A stretch of DNA of 24,069 nucleotides from Chthonomonadaceae bacterium (GCA_025054835.1 JANWZQ010000187.1:1-24069); one strand, 5' to 3'. Positions 1 through 8,772 are shown, numbered from the stretch's first letter. Translations and numbers: made by a program. The notes: generated by a model from the letters alone, not told the origin.

Positions 1-220
1 CCCCGATCCGGTCCAAAAAACTCGACCTGTACGTCGGGTTGTGTGGGGTCCGGAAGGCCAGCAACCACCGGTTTCTGCCCTTGCCATAGAAAGCAGGTAA
101 GACTGAAGAGGAGAAGCGTACCCCGAAGGACTTTTGCAGAGATCAACCCGGTATCGTCCCGAACCAGTGAGATCGTGGTTCATTATACCCCGATAGCCTG
201 ACAGAAACCGCAGGCAACAC

Positions 221-1729
221 TCACGCACACACAGGCAGTTCCACCGTGAACGTTGTTCCGCGCCCTATCTCACTGGCAACGCGGATCTGCCCGTTATGTG
301 CTTCTGCGATCCAACGCGCGATGTTGAGACCGAGGCCACTGCCACCGAGATCCCGACTTCGGCCCGGATCCACGCGGTAGAAACGATCGAAGATGTGCGG
401 CAGGTGTTCTGGTGGGATGCCCGGTCCGGTATCGCGCACCTGCATCAGGGCACGCCGGGACGTTCCCACGTATTCGCAACGCAACGAGAGGAAAACTCCT
501 CCCCCCTCAGGTGTGTAGTTGATCGCGTTGTTCAGGAGGTTGGTCAGCAGTTGTAACAGCCAGAGCGCGTCGCCCCGCAGGGAAACCTCCTCCAGATTTT
601 CGATGTCCAGTGTGATACGCTTGCGTCGGGCCAGAGGTTCTACCCGCTCGTAGGCCTGCATGACGAGCGTGTCCAGTGCGACCGGCTCCTGTTTCAGGGT
701 TACCTGATTGGCGTCCGCCCGTGAGAGTAGAAGCAGGTTGTTGACAATCTCCGTCAGACGCTCTGTCTCCTCAAGGATGCTTCGCAACGCACGCCGGTAC
801 TCCTCCGACGTCAGGTCCGACATGAGCGCCACTTCTGCTTCTCCACGGATCGCGGTCAGAGGGGTCTTGAGTTCATGTGATGCGTCCGCTGTGAAGCGCT
901 CGATCTGCCGGAAGCTTTTGTCCAGCCGCGCGATCATCTCGTTCAACGCAGAAGCCAGTCTCCCGATCTCATCATCCGTACGCGGAGGAACCAGTCGCAC
1001 ATCCAGTCGCTTGCTCTCGATGGACAACGCCGCACGTGTCATATCGTCCACAGGCTTCAGGGCGCGCCCGACCAACCACCACCCCCCGACCAGAGCGATC
1101 ACAAATACCGATGGGGTGAGCACCAGTAAGATCACCGACGCACGCTTCAGCGCAGCCTCCACGCCCTCTACAGACGCGCCGACCTGCACCAGATACGGCA
1201 CTCTGTTGCCGATCATGATAGGTACTGTGACAATCCGCACCGGATATTCGCCGAGCTCCGTCTCTGTGGTGAAGAAGGTCTCTCCGCGCAAACCGCGCAA
1301 CAGAGCGTCGTCACGCAACCGGGGCAGGTGTTTGGTTCGCAACGCATCGGAACGCGCTACCACTTCCCCCCGACGATTAATGACCTGCACATACCGTCCC
1401 CACGACTGCACATCGTTGTTGTCCACAAAGCGCGCTTCCTCGGCAGGACCAATCTCTTTGCCGGGAAACTGTTGCTGAAAGCGCAGCAGATCCGCCACGA
1501 TGATCTTTGCTGTCGTTTCTGCGTACTCTGCCAGCGCCGTGTCGGCCCGGGAGTTCAGGAACTGCCGCAACAGAACGTAGGTGAACGCTGCCAGCAGAAG
1601 CAAGGTGATGGCCAGCAGGCCCCCATGCCACAACGCCAGTTGCGCCCGGAGACTGCGCGGTCGGGGCCAGTCCCGAAGCAATTGCCGGGGCAGTTGTAGA
1701 CGACCTGCTATGGACGGCGCGACACCCAC
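221..1729 (-). CDS. Two-component sensor histidine kinase with a periplasmic sensor domain, HAMP, HisKA and HATPase_c domains
   Basis: A TM helix (GGLLAITLLLLAAFTYVLL) and a second TM (VILLVLTPSVFVIALVGGWWLV) flank about 150 aa of periplasmic sequence. A HAMP-like linker follows. The H-box is FTADASHELKTPLTAIRGEAEVAL. The N/G boxes are LLTNLLNNAINYT and DTGPGIPPEHLPHIFDRFYR. The G2 box is GGSGLGLNIARWIAEAHNGQI. The ORF begins with GTG at 1729 and the exact start is uncertain. It lies 3 nt downstream of the response-regulator stop, consistent with an operon. Confidence 0.85.
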   Translation of the reverse strand: MGVAPSIAGRLQLPRQLLRDWPRPRSLRAQLALWHGGLLAITLLLLAAFTYVLLRQFLNSRADTALAEYAETTAKIIVADLLRFQQQFPGKEIGPAEEARFVDNNDVQSWGRYVQVINRRGEVVARSDALRTKHLPRLRDDALLRGLRGETFFTTETELGEYPVRIVTVPIMIGNRVPYLVQVGASVEGVEAALKRASVILLVLTPSVFVIALVGGWWLVGRALKPVDDMTRAALSIESKRLDVRLVPPRTDDEIGRLASALNEMIARLDKSFRQIERFTADASHELKTPLTAIRGEAEVALMSDLTSEEYRRALRSILEETERLTEIVNNLLLLSRADANQVTLKQEPVALDTLVMQAYERVEPLARRKRITLDIENLEEVSLRGDALWLLQLLTNLLNNAINYTPEGGGVFLSLRCEYVGTSRRALMQVRDTGPGIPPEHLPHIFDRFYRVDPGRSRDLGGSGLGLNIARWIAEAHNGQIRVASEIGRGTTFTVELPVCA

Positions 1730-1732
1730 CGT

Positions 1733-2410
1733 CTACTCCGCCTCCTCCCTCAGTACATATCCCACGCCACGCACTGTGTGCAGCAGCTTGCGCCTGGCTC
1801 CATGGTCTATCTTCTTACGCAGAAAATTCATGTAGACTTCAAGCACGTTGCTTCCCGCATCGAAGTCATATCCCCACACACTCTCGAGGATTGCAGTGCG
1901 CGTGAACACCTGCCCGGGATGTCGGAGCAGCAGTTCCAGTAGTGCATACTCCTTGTTGGTCAATTCAACCGGACGACCATCACGGGTCACCATGCGAGTG
2001 ATCGGGTCCAGTACCAGACCACCATACTCCAGTCGCGGTGTTCGCGCAGTGCCCTTCCGACGCAGCAGAGCGCGCAGGCGCGCCAGAAACTCCTCGAAAT
2101 GAAAGGGCTTGGCCAGATAGTCATCGCATCCGCTGTCCAGTCCCTGCACGCGATCTTCCAGAGAGTCACGCGCAGTCAACGCCAGAACCGGTGTTGTGCA
2201 GCCGCGCTCCCGCAGTTCCCGTACGACGGAAAACCCATCCTTGCCAGGCAGCATGATGTCGAGCACGATAGCATCGTAGTCATTGGTCAGTGCACAGGCC
2301 AGCGCGTCCTCGCCGTTGTCGACCACGTCGACGGTGTAGGCAGACTGCTCCAACCCCTTTTTGACAAAACTGGCTACTTTCTCCTCATCTTCCACGACCA
2401 GAACACGCAT
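1733..2410 (-). CDS. OmpR/PhoB-family response regulator with a receiver domain and a winged-helix DNA-binding domain
   Basis: The sequence MRVLVVEDEEKVASFVKKGLE...DAIVLDIMLPGKDGFSVVRELR shows the receiver Asp pocket and the conserved K. The C-terminus, LEYGGLVLDPITRMVTRDGRPVELTNKEYALLELLLRHPGQVFTRTAILESVWGYDFDAGSNVLEVYMNFLRKKID, is a classic OmpR wHTH. The ATG at 2410 (MRVLVV) is preceded by GGAGG. The ORF-track start at 2479 adds 23 non-conserved residues. Confidence 0.9.
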   Translation of the reverse strand: MRVLVVEDEEKVASFVKKGLEQSAYTVDVVDNGEDALACALTNDYDAIVLDIMLPGKDGFSVVRELRERGCTTPVLALTARDSLEDRVQGLDSGCDDYLAKPFHFEEFLARLRALLRRKGTARTPRLEYGGLVLDPITRMVTRDGRPVELTNKEYALLELLLRHPGQVFTRTAILESVWGYDFDAGSNVLEVYMNFLRKKIDHGARRKLLHTVRGVGYVLREEAE

Positions 2411-2569
2411 GGTGCCTTCGACCTCCATCGGACATCCGCTCTCGTTCCCATCAATCCAGTATACTCCAGCAACAGACACTTCGTCGCGCGTACACTGTGC
2501 AGAGCTCGCGCATGATTGATGGCTCTACATGCTACAATCTCACAGACACTGGATACTGAGAGAAACCGA

Positions 2570-3397
2570 ATGGGCGGGCGTAAGAAGAGAGGCAAAAACG
2601 ACGTCGATATGGAGGTCGATTTCCACGGAATGACAGTGGAAGCTATGTCCCGTGCCCTTAATCATCTGCTGAAGAAATGGCGGGATATGGCCTGCGTGCG
2701 CGTCGTGCATGGTCAGGGCACGGCACTACCCCCCGTGTTGCACGAATGGTGTCATCACCGTGGTATCGCATTCCAGCTGGAACCCGGAAATCCGGGTTCC
2801 ACACTGCTTTTCCCTCGCCGACATCGTGAACACCCGGAGCGCCCTCTGAACCCTGTCGGTGAGAAGATGCCGGACGCGCTCAAGCTGTTGCGCCAATCAG
2901 ATGAAAAACCGCCGGCAGATGGTCAGCAGGACGCACAACAGCGCCGTCTGCAGATGGTACGCAGAGAACTGGAGCGACGCCGCAAAGAAAAGGAGGCCGA
3001 GGAAGAACGCAGACGTCAGCAGGACCTTCTTCTCTGGGAAGCGGAAAAAGCGCGCCTCGATGCGATGGACCGCAACCGCCCGCGGTCCGATCCGGGTGAC
3101 TGGAAACCCTCTCCGCCCCGCATCGTATCGCGCAGTGTGCACAGCAGGCAGCAGGAAGGTTACTGGAGAGCCGAACTGGTGCGCATTGCGGATACGGATA
3201 CTGAAACCCTGCAGAAGCAGAAACAGACCGGCCTGGATAAACTGGTTCCCCCTCTGGATCCTACGGCTCCGTCATCAGAAACCTCCGGTAAATCCCGGCA
3301 AACACATACGCCTCCACGCGATGAAGAAGCGGATCGGGCTCTCTTTGAAGCTGAGATGAAGCGCCTGCAGGAGGAAGGCCACGCACCGAAGTACTGA
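2570..3397 (+). CDS. Smr (small MutS-related) domain protein with a long charged, low-complexity C-terminal tail
   Basis: The N-terminus, VDFHGMTVEAMSRALNHLLKKWRDMACVRVVHGQGT, matches the Smr signature (the DLHG-type motif and the later HGKG-type motif). The ATG at 2570 is preceded by GAGAG 7 nt upstream. The ORF-track TTG at 2516 is less likely. The C-terminal 180 aa are rich in R, E, K and Q (RRELERRRKEKEAEEERRRQQ) and are probably coiled-coil or disordered. Confidence 0.7.
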   Translation: MGGRKKRGKNDVDMEVDFHGMTVEAMSRALNHLLKKWRDMACVRVVHGQGTALPPVLHEWCHHRGIAFQLEPGNPGSTLLFPRRHREHPERPLNPVGEKMPDALKLLRQSDEKPPADGQQDAQQRRLQMVRRELERRRKEKEAEEERRRQQDLLLWEAEKARLDAMDRNRPRSDPGDWKPSPPRIVSRSVHSRQQEGYWRAELVRIADTDTETLQKQKQTGLDKLVPPLDPTAPSSETSGKSRQTHTPPRDEEADRALFEAEMKRLQEEGHAPKY

Positions 3398-3431
3398 AGC
3401 GCCCCCGGATGGCAAGCTCAATCGGGGCGCT
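3398..3431. terminator. Hairpin between the convergent Smr gene and the dockerin-protein gene, a candidate bidirectional terminator
   Basis: AGCGCCCC (3398-3405) pairs with GGGGCGCT (3424-3431) to give an 8-bp GC-rich stem with an 18-nt loop. It begins immediately after the Smr stop (TGA at 3395-3397). There is no clear U-tract. Confidence 0.3.
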
Positions 3432-3506
3432 CCTTACCCTGTAGGCGAAGAAATGGGGCAGGAGACACCGGGATCCCCTGCCCGCTGTAATCTGCTGGTA
3501 CGCCTT

Positions 3507-4664
3507 TTACGGGAACTCATCCCCGGCCTGATCGAAGTTCCGAATGAAAATGCCCAGGTCCAGCACGTCCACGGCACCGTCGCAGTTGAAGTCCGCACGG
3601 TTGGTGTATCCAGCGTCCCCCTCTACCGCGTCGAACGCTCCGATCAGAACGTCCAGATCCAGCACATCCACCACGTTGTCCGCATTCGCGTCGCCCCCAA
3701 CCAGTGTCACAGGAGGCAGAATAAGACTGCCATCCACGGTCACATTGGGGATCACTTTGCGCAGCGAGTTGCGCGAGCGTATCCCTACATGGTAGGTTCC
3801 TGCTGGAACTTTCACCATGAAGATACCATTCTCGTTTGTCAGAGCGGCCCGGGTGAACACCGGGTCCGCAGGATTCACTGAGCGAAACTCCAGAAACACC
3901 GGGGGCGGCATCACGCAGTCCGAGGAGACCGCACCGGCAAAATCACGTACATTCGTGGCGAGGAACAGGTCATCGATGTAGATCGTGTACGGGCCCCGTT
4001 GCGTCACGTCCACAGGAGTGATGCCAAGGCTCTCCAGGGTCGCCCGACCGGAGAACGTCTCCAGGATGCCATTGCCCGTGAAGAACTGCACGGGTTCGAT
4101 GTCCATTTCAAACCCGAGTGTAGTCCATCGCCCGGCAGGTACGAGCTTCCCCTTCGGCTCTATTCCACTTGTGCCACTGACCGTCACAGCCGTGGCACCC
4201 ACCCACTCAATGGTACCACTGGTCCCGGAGTTGGCGCCCAGCGCGGCAACCGTATTGGTCTCACGTACTCCCAGCGACACATAGAGATCCGCTGGACCGG
4301 CGTTGTACACCTGCATCTCCACGTAACCGTTGGTCACCGGGATGGCCGGGTTCCCCAGTGTTGCTACGTTGAACGTTGTCAGACGAAGCCATGTGAACGC
4401 GGTACTGTCGCGCCACTGCCAGGACACCTTGATCGCCCTCGAGCCACTCAAGGCACGCTCAGTGAGGACCTGTGCAACGTTAGGCGATGCCGCCAGGAGC
4501 CCGCTGGTACTTCCAGAGAAGGATGGCTGACGAAACAGAACGGCTCCATTACCACCGGAACGACTCTCGAAATTCTCAGTAAACACCTGGATCTGTGCTG
4601 TAGCTGGCAACGCGATCATCAGAGCAAGAAGGCCAGCGAGGTATCGTGGTCCCTGCATTTTCAT
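3507..4664 (-). CDS. Secreted protein with a signal peptide, a beta-rich domain (carboxypeptidase-regulatory-like segment) and a C-terminal dockerin-type double Ca-binding repeat
   Basis: The ATG at 4664 gives the N-terminus MKMQGPRYLAGLLALMIALPATAQ, a signal peptide. It is preceded by GAGGAG 6 nt upstream. The upstream part of the ORF-track ORF (start 4790) lacks an RBS. The C-terminus has two dockerin-type segments: GDANADNVVDVLDLDVLIGAF and ADFNCDGAVDVLDLGIFIRNF. The segment GIFMVKVPAGTYHVGIRS resembles a CarboxypepD_reg-like fold. Confidence 0.75.
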   Translation of the reverse strand: MKMQGPRYLAGLLALMIALPATAQIQVFTENFESRSGGNGAVLFRQPSFSGSTSGLLAASPNVAQVLTERALSGSRAIKVSWQWRDSTAFTWLRLTTFNVATLGNPAIPVTNGYVEMQVYNAGPADLYVSLGVRETNTVAALGANSGTSGTIEWVGATAVTVSGTSGIEPKGKLVPAGRWTTLGFEMDIEPVQFFTGNGILETFSGRATLESLGITPVDVTQRGPYTIYIDDLFLATNVRDFAGAVSSDCVMPPPVFLEFRSVNPADPVFTRAALTNENGIFMVKVPAGTYHVGIRSRNSLRKVIPNVTVDGSLILPPVTLVGGDANADNVVDVLDLDVLIGAFDAVEGDAGYTNRADFNCDGAVDVLDLGIFIRNFDQAGDEFP

Positions 4665-4975
4665 TGATTTCTCCTCAGAGTCTAGGGGTAACGCGTAGCA
4701 CGGGCGAACTGTGAATACATTCCCGTACTGAAGATCCCGGAACACCACATGAGTAGACACAGCAGGAAGGGCGTCTCTGCTCCTGTGCAAGCGCTACGGA
4801 TGAGTCATCATCCAGCAGAAGGCATAGCGGAGAAAAGCGGCTCGGTCTGTCAGGATCGTATTGCGCAACACGGTGAGCAGGCTGTGTCCATCATGGACAT
4901 ATGCATAATTCATGCCAGACCGGCTCGATCCATATAACCGGACCTGCATACGAGAGGACATTGTTGCAACGCAGA

Positions 4976-6121
4976 TCAGCCACGTCGTTCGATGATGCTG
5001 ACTGGATCCAGCCGTGCCAGACGGCATGCGATGGTCAGGAGAGCGAACAGCGTGATAGTGATTGGAAGGGGAACTGTAAACAGGTACGCGGAGAAGTCCA
5101 GTGGGTTGAGCAACAGCCCGCGGGGTGTGATCAGAGTGGCTTTGATCGCCGTGAGAACGCCGATCGTTATCACACATCCGGCTCCCCACCCGACCATGCA
5201 GTAAATCACCGTCTCCATGCCTGCCCGCGCCAGTAACAGGTTGCGCGTATACCCGATTGCTGACAACGTGGCAATTTCAGGCAACCGTTGCGTGAAATAG
5301 ATGTTCGCCAGCAGGCCGCACACGAACGAAATGGTGAACACAACAATGCTGATGATCACTCCGAGTACCAGGTACAGGTTCGCCAGCGAGAGTTGCGTCT
5401 CACGCACCACGTAGGAGAAAGGCCAGACGCGCGCCCGGCTACGATCCACACGTTGTTCCATCTCCCTGCCCAGCTCTTCCTGGAGCTCTGGCGTTCGAGC
5501 GAAGGCCAGATACCCCTGCCATGTGTAGGGAGAGTGCCGGTCCACAAATGATTTGGAAGTCAGTCCGAGCCAGCTCGCCCCGCGCAACAGGCCAACCAGC
5601 TTCACCGGCACCGGCGCATAGCGGTCCTCGGACTCTGGAAACAGCAAATTATCCCCGACTTTCACCCCGAGGTTTCGTGCGACCTCCTCTGACACAACCG
5701 CCTCAGCCGCTCCTTCGCGCAGCATGCGCCCTTCTGAGACGGTCACCTGACAGACCCGCATCAACCGCTCACGCGCCTCCGGGGAAAGCCCGAAAATCGG
5801 GAAGATCAGCCGTCCGAAGATCGTGCGCAGCATCACCTGATACGAGTGTGCGCCGGCCAGATATCCCATTTGAGGAAGGTGGCGCACCTCCCGCACGATG
5901 TCCTCGTCCACAGCAAGCGCATTCCGTGGAGTGAGCCCTGTAACGTATCGGTTGTAGCCATAGAAGGTATACACGGTGAGGTCAATCGAGTTCACCACTG
6001 TCACCACACTCGCGACCATCACCACCGACAGCGAGATCACCAGCACGAAAGGCAACGTCCGCGCAGGGTTGCGACGCACATACAGTAAAGGGCTCAAAAC
6101 CGAGCGTATCATCAAGCGCAA
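4976..6121 (-). CDS. FtsX/MacB-family ABC-transporter permease, with no cognate ATPase in the window
   Basis: The topology is one N-terminal TM (LPFVLVISLSVVMVASVVTVV), about 200 aa of periplasmic domain, then three C-terminal TMs (LVLGVIISIVVFTISFVCGLL, VIYCMVGWGAGCVITIGVL and LFTVPLPITITLFALLTIA). This is the FtsX-like permease architecture. The ORF starts with TTG at 6121, and an alternative ATG lies at 6112. No adjacent gene has Walker motifs. Confidence 0.8.
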   Translation of the reverse strand: MRLMIRSVLSPLLYVRRNPARTLPFVLVISLSVVMVASVVTVVNSIDLTVYTFYGYNRYVTGLTPRNALAVDEDIVREVRHLPQMGYLAGAHSYQVMLRTIFGRLIFPIFGLSPEARERLMRVCQVTVSEGRMLREGAAEAVVSEEVARNLGVKVGDNLLFPESEDRYAPVPVKLVGLLRGASWLGLTSKSFVDRHSPYTWQGYLAFARTPELQEELGREMEQRVDRSRARVWPFSYVVRETQLSLANLYLVLGVIISIVVFTISFVCGLLANIYFTQRLPEIATLSAIGYTRNLLLARAGMETVIYCMVGWGAGCVITIGVLTAIKATLITPRGLLLNPLDFSAYLFTVPLPITITLFALLTIACRLARLDPVSIIERRG

Positions 6122-6183
6122 ATCACCACAGGAAGACGCCCACTCCGTTCACGCATCACAGGCCAATCCACACAGGCCGGGGA

Positions 6184-6211
6184 AACTGTACTCTCTCGTC
6201 CGGCAACAGTT
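6184..6211. promoter_or_regulatory. Inverted repeat AACTGT-N16-ACAGTT in the divergent intergenic region between the permease and the membrane protein, a candidate operator
   Basis: AACTGT (6184-6189) and ACAGTT (6206-6211) are exact reverse complements with a 16-nt spacer. They sit in the 182-bp divergent promoter region (6122-6303). Confidence 0.2.
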
Positions 6212-6303
6212 CTGACGGTTTCCGCTTCCCCCGGGTTATCTGTAGTAGAAATCACAGCACAACATCCTCACAAAGCCCTGACAACATTCCAGGAGACGCC
6301 ATC

Positions 6304-7134
6304 ATGAAGTCACAGAAAACCCGCACAAAAGTGTCGGACATCATCCACGATACGATGCAACTGCTCATCTTCTTCGGCGGCCTGTCCCTCTGCATGCTGT
6401 TACAGGCGAAGCTCCTATCCCTGCTGTGCCCGCAACCAGATCAACCGGGGGAACCACTGGAGAAGTTCCTGTCCGGGCCGGTAGAACATGCGCTGAGCAG
6501 TATGCCCACCTACCTGAAGACATTCTGCAGGGTATGCATCTATGTTCCCTGCATTGCCCTCTACATATCGGGCCTGTTTCTGGCGTCCTTTCCGCACATC
6601 GCCATCCTGGGCCCCTGTCTGTTACTTCGATTGTATGACACCTACCGCACCCGGGGCAATTATCACCGGGAATTCAGACAGATAAAACAAGCGATCGAGT
6701 GGTTCCAGCAGAAAAAAGCAGATATCATCCTCGGCCTCATCCTGCTTGTATCCGTTGCCGCATCAGTCGCCGAGATCCACTTCTTTGCAGACCGCATCGC
6801 TCCGTTTCTCGCAAACACCGTGTTTGTGCCTCTGTCGCACTCTCTCGGACAGCTCTGGGAGCGCTTCATAGACCGGCCGGCGGTTCACTCCATCCTGACG
6901 TTCTTCCATTCTCTGTATTCCAGCTACCCGGCATTCTGGAACGTGATCCAGTGGATAGTGGTCTCGGTTCTTACGGTGCTCATCCTGCTGGCTGCGTTTG
7001 TTCTGTTCTTCCTGCTGATCTTGTGGAATGCGTTTATCCCGATGCGCATCTTCCATGCTGCAGACGAGTTCCTGAAATTTGTCCGCAAACATGCGGGCCG
7101 TTGCATGAAGGTCAGTCCGTGCGCTCAGTCATGA
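6304..7134 (+). CDS. Hypothetical polytopic membrane protein with about 6 predicted TM helices, no recognisable domain and atypical composition
   Basis: The ATG at 6304 is preceded by GGAG 8 nt upstream. Hydrophobic segments include LLIFFGGLSLCMLL, VCIYVPCIALYISGLFLASF, IILGLILLVSVAASV, and IVVSVLTVLILLAAFVLFFLLILW. GC is about 50% against roughly 60% in the flanks. The gene uses ATA, AAA and TTT codons that are rare in the neighbouring genes. Confidence 0.6.
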   Translation: MKSQKTRTKVSDIIHDTMQLLIFFGGLSLCMLLQAKLLSLLCPQPDQPGEPLEKFLSGPVEHALSSMPTYLKTFCRVCIYVPCIALYISGLFLASFPHIAILGPCLLLRLYDTYRTRGNYHREFRQIKQAIEWFQQKKADIILGLILLVSVAASVAEIHFFADRIAPFLANTVFVPLSHSLGQLWERFIDRPAVHSILTFFHSLYSSYPAFWNVIQWIVVSVLTVLILLAAFVLFFLLILWNAFIPMRIFHAADEFLKFVRKHAGRCMKVSPCAQS

Positions 7135-7168
7135 GCTACTGCTTTCAACCCGCACCACAGCTATCCAG

Positions 7169-7201
7169 CCAGTAGAGGCAGAGCTTTCTCGCCTCTGCTG
7201 G
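7169..7201. terminator. Hairpin between the convergent membrane-protein gene and trpE
   Basis: CCAGTAGAGGC (7169-7179) pairs with GCCTCTGCTGG (7191-7201) to give an 11-bp stem with one G-U pair and an 11-nt loop. A pyrimidine-rich tract follows on the plus strand. Confidence 0.4.
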
Positions 7202-7244
7202 CTTCATACCATTCCTCCGTGTCCAGTCCATGTGCCCCTTGCAA

Positions 7245-8759
7245 TCAGTCCAGTCCTTCCTCGGCCAGCTCGATGGCCCGTACCAGCGCACTGGCCTTGT
7301 TTACGCACTCCTGATACTCGCTGGCCGGTACCGAGTCCGCAACCACTCCGGCGCCCGCCTGCAGGTAGGCAGTCTGCCCGTCCACCCACATGGTACGGAT
7401 CGTGATCGCCATATCCATGCCTCCCGCGTAGCCGATATAGCCGACAGCCCCGGCATAGAACCCGCGGCGGGTCGGCTCCAGCTCATCGATAATCTGCATG
7501 GCCCGCACTTTGGGGGCACCGGAAACCGTTCCCGCAGGAAAGCAGGCACGCAACACATCGAATACGCTGTGCTCCGGTGCCAGTCGCCCCGTCACATTGG
7601 AAACAATGTGCATCACATGTGAGTACTTTTCTATAACCATCAACTCATCCACACGCACACTACCGTACTCACACACTCGCCCGATGTCGTTCCGCCCCAG
7701 ATCCACCAGCATAATGTGCTCGGCCCGCTCTTTCTCATCGGCCAGCAATTCCGCCTCCAGTCGCGCATCCTCCTGATCGGAAGCACCGCGCCTCCGGGTT
7801 CCGGCTATTGGTCGCTCGCGCACGATCCCTCGATCCACTGTAACCAGGATCTCCGGGGACGTACCGATGAGCTGCTGTCCCCCCAGCATGAGATAGTACA
7901 TATAGGGCGATGGATTGACGGAACGTAACGCCCGATACAGATCAAACGGAGGTGCCGTGAATGGAACCCGGAAGCGTTGCGACAATACGACCTGAAACGC
8001 GTCACCGGCCAGAATGTACTCGCGACAGCGCGAAACGGCTGCCTCGAAGTCCGTACGGGCGAAAAGCGGTTCTACCGTTACCGGGACTGGATCACTGCTT
8101 CGCAACCCCCCTGCCGATTGGGATGCAGCCGGGGCGGCACACAGCCGGGCGATGATTCGCTCAATGCGCTCTATCGCCCGATCATAGGCGCTCTCAGGAT
8201 CATCGGTCACATGGACGTTGCAGACGACCTTGAGTCCGTGACGTAGATGATCAAACACCAGCAGCGTATCGGTGAAAAGGAAGCACACGTCATCCACGTT
8301 CAGTTCATCCGGGTTGGCATCGGGTAACTCCTCGAAGAACCGCACGACATCATAACTCAGAAACCCGACAGCCCCTCCACTGAAGCGTGGCAACGTGGGC
8401 TCCGGGACATATCGGTACCGCGCCATGAGCTCTGCCAGCAACGTCAGCGGATCTGCGTCCGGAAGGATCTCCCTTGTCTGGATCCTGCCATTTTCCACCA
8501 GCGTGGCGGTCCGCCCCTTGCTCCGAAAGATCATCGCCGGGTCAGCCCCCAGAAACGAGTAGCGCCCGATCCGCTCTCCCTTCTCCACGCTCTCCAGCAG
8601 AAACGCGTACTGCGGCCCTCCCGTATCCCCAACCAGCCGTTCGAACGCTGAGACCGGCGTTAACCGATCCGCCAGAATTTCCCGATAGACCGGGATCAGG
8701 TTCCCCCGGGTAGACCTGCGGAGGAACTCCGCCCGGTCCGGCACAATGGTCCTCGCCAT
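7245..8759 (-). CDS. trpE: Anthranilate synthase component I (TrpE; chorismate-utilising enzyme family)
   Basis: Motifs include QYAFLLESVEKGERIGRYSFLGADP, GGAVGFLSYD, EHIMLVDLGRNDIGRVCEYGSVRVDELMVIEKYSHVMHIVSNVTG and GAGVVADSVPASEYQEC. The ATG at 8759 (MARTIVPD) has GAAGGGAG 5 nt upstream. The ORF-track TTG at 8813 would overlap the upstream gene. PabB or isochorismate-synthase paralogs cannot be fully excluded. Confidence 0.8.
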   Translation of the reverse strand: MARTIVPDRAEFLRRSTRGNLIPVYREILADRLTPVSAFERLVGDTGGPQYAFLLESVEKGERIGRYSFLGADPAMIFRSKGRTATLVENGRIQTREILPDADPLTLLAELMARYRYVPEPTLPRFSGGAVGFLSYDVVRFFEELPDANPDELNVDDVCFLFTDTLLVFDHLRHGLKVVCNVHVTDDPESAYDRAIERIERIIARLCAAPAASQSAGGLRSSDPVPVTVEPLFARTDFEAAVSRCREYILAGDAFQVVLSQRFRVPFTAPPFDLYRALRSVNPSPYMYYLMLGGQQLIGTSPEILVTVDRGIVRERPIAGTRRRGASDQEDARLEAELLADEKERAEHIMLVDLGRNDIGRVCEYGSVRVDELMVIEKYSHVMHIVSNVTGRLAPEHSVFDVLRACFPAGTVSGAPKVRAMQIIDELEPTRRGFYAGAVGYIGYAGGMDMAITIRTMWVDGQTAYLQAGAGVVADSVPASEYQECVNKASALVRAIELAEEGLD

Positions 8760-8772
8760 CAACACTCCCTTC

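Noticed and set aside
1-220. A possible tRNA or ncRNA, or a TATAAT-like minus-strand promoter (GGGGTATAATGAACC, reverse complement of about 183-197), downstream of the kinase gene.
   Set aside because: There is no cloverleaf-compatible sequence and no GTTCRANYC T-loop motif. The -10-like hexamer lacks a properly spaced -35. The region is truncated by the window edge, so it cannot be resolved.
708-1478. A 256-aa plus-strand ORF antisense to the histidine kinase gene.
   Set aside because: It has extreme Ser/Arg composition and no RBS. It lies wholly inside a well-supported kinase CDS on the other strand.
3453-4667. Plus-strand ORFs of 142 aa and 222 aa antisense to the dockerin-protein gene.
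   Set aside because: The opposite strand encodes a protein with a signal peptide, a strong RBS and dockerin repeats. The antisense frames have no features.
6184-6211. The CTGT...ACAG inverted repeat considered as an SOS/LexA box.
   Set aside because: The spacing is CTGT-N16-ACAG rather than the N8 of the gammaproteobacterial consensus. It matches no LexA motif I know. I kept it only as a generic candidate operator.
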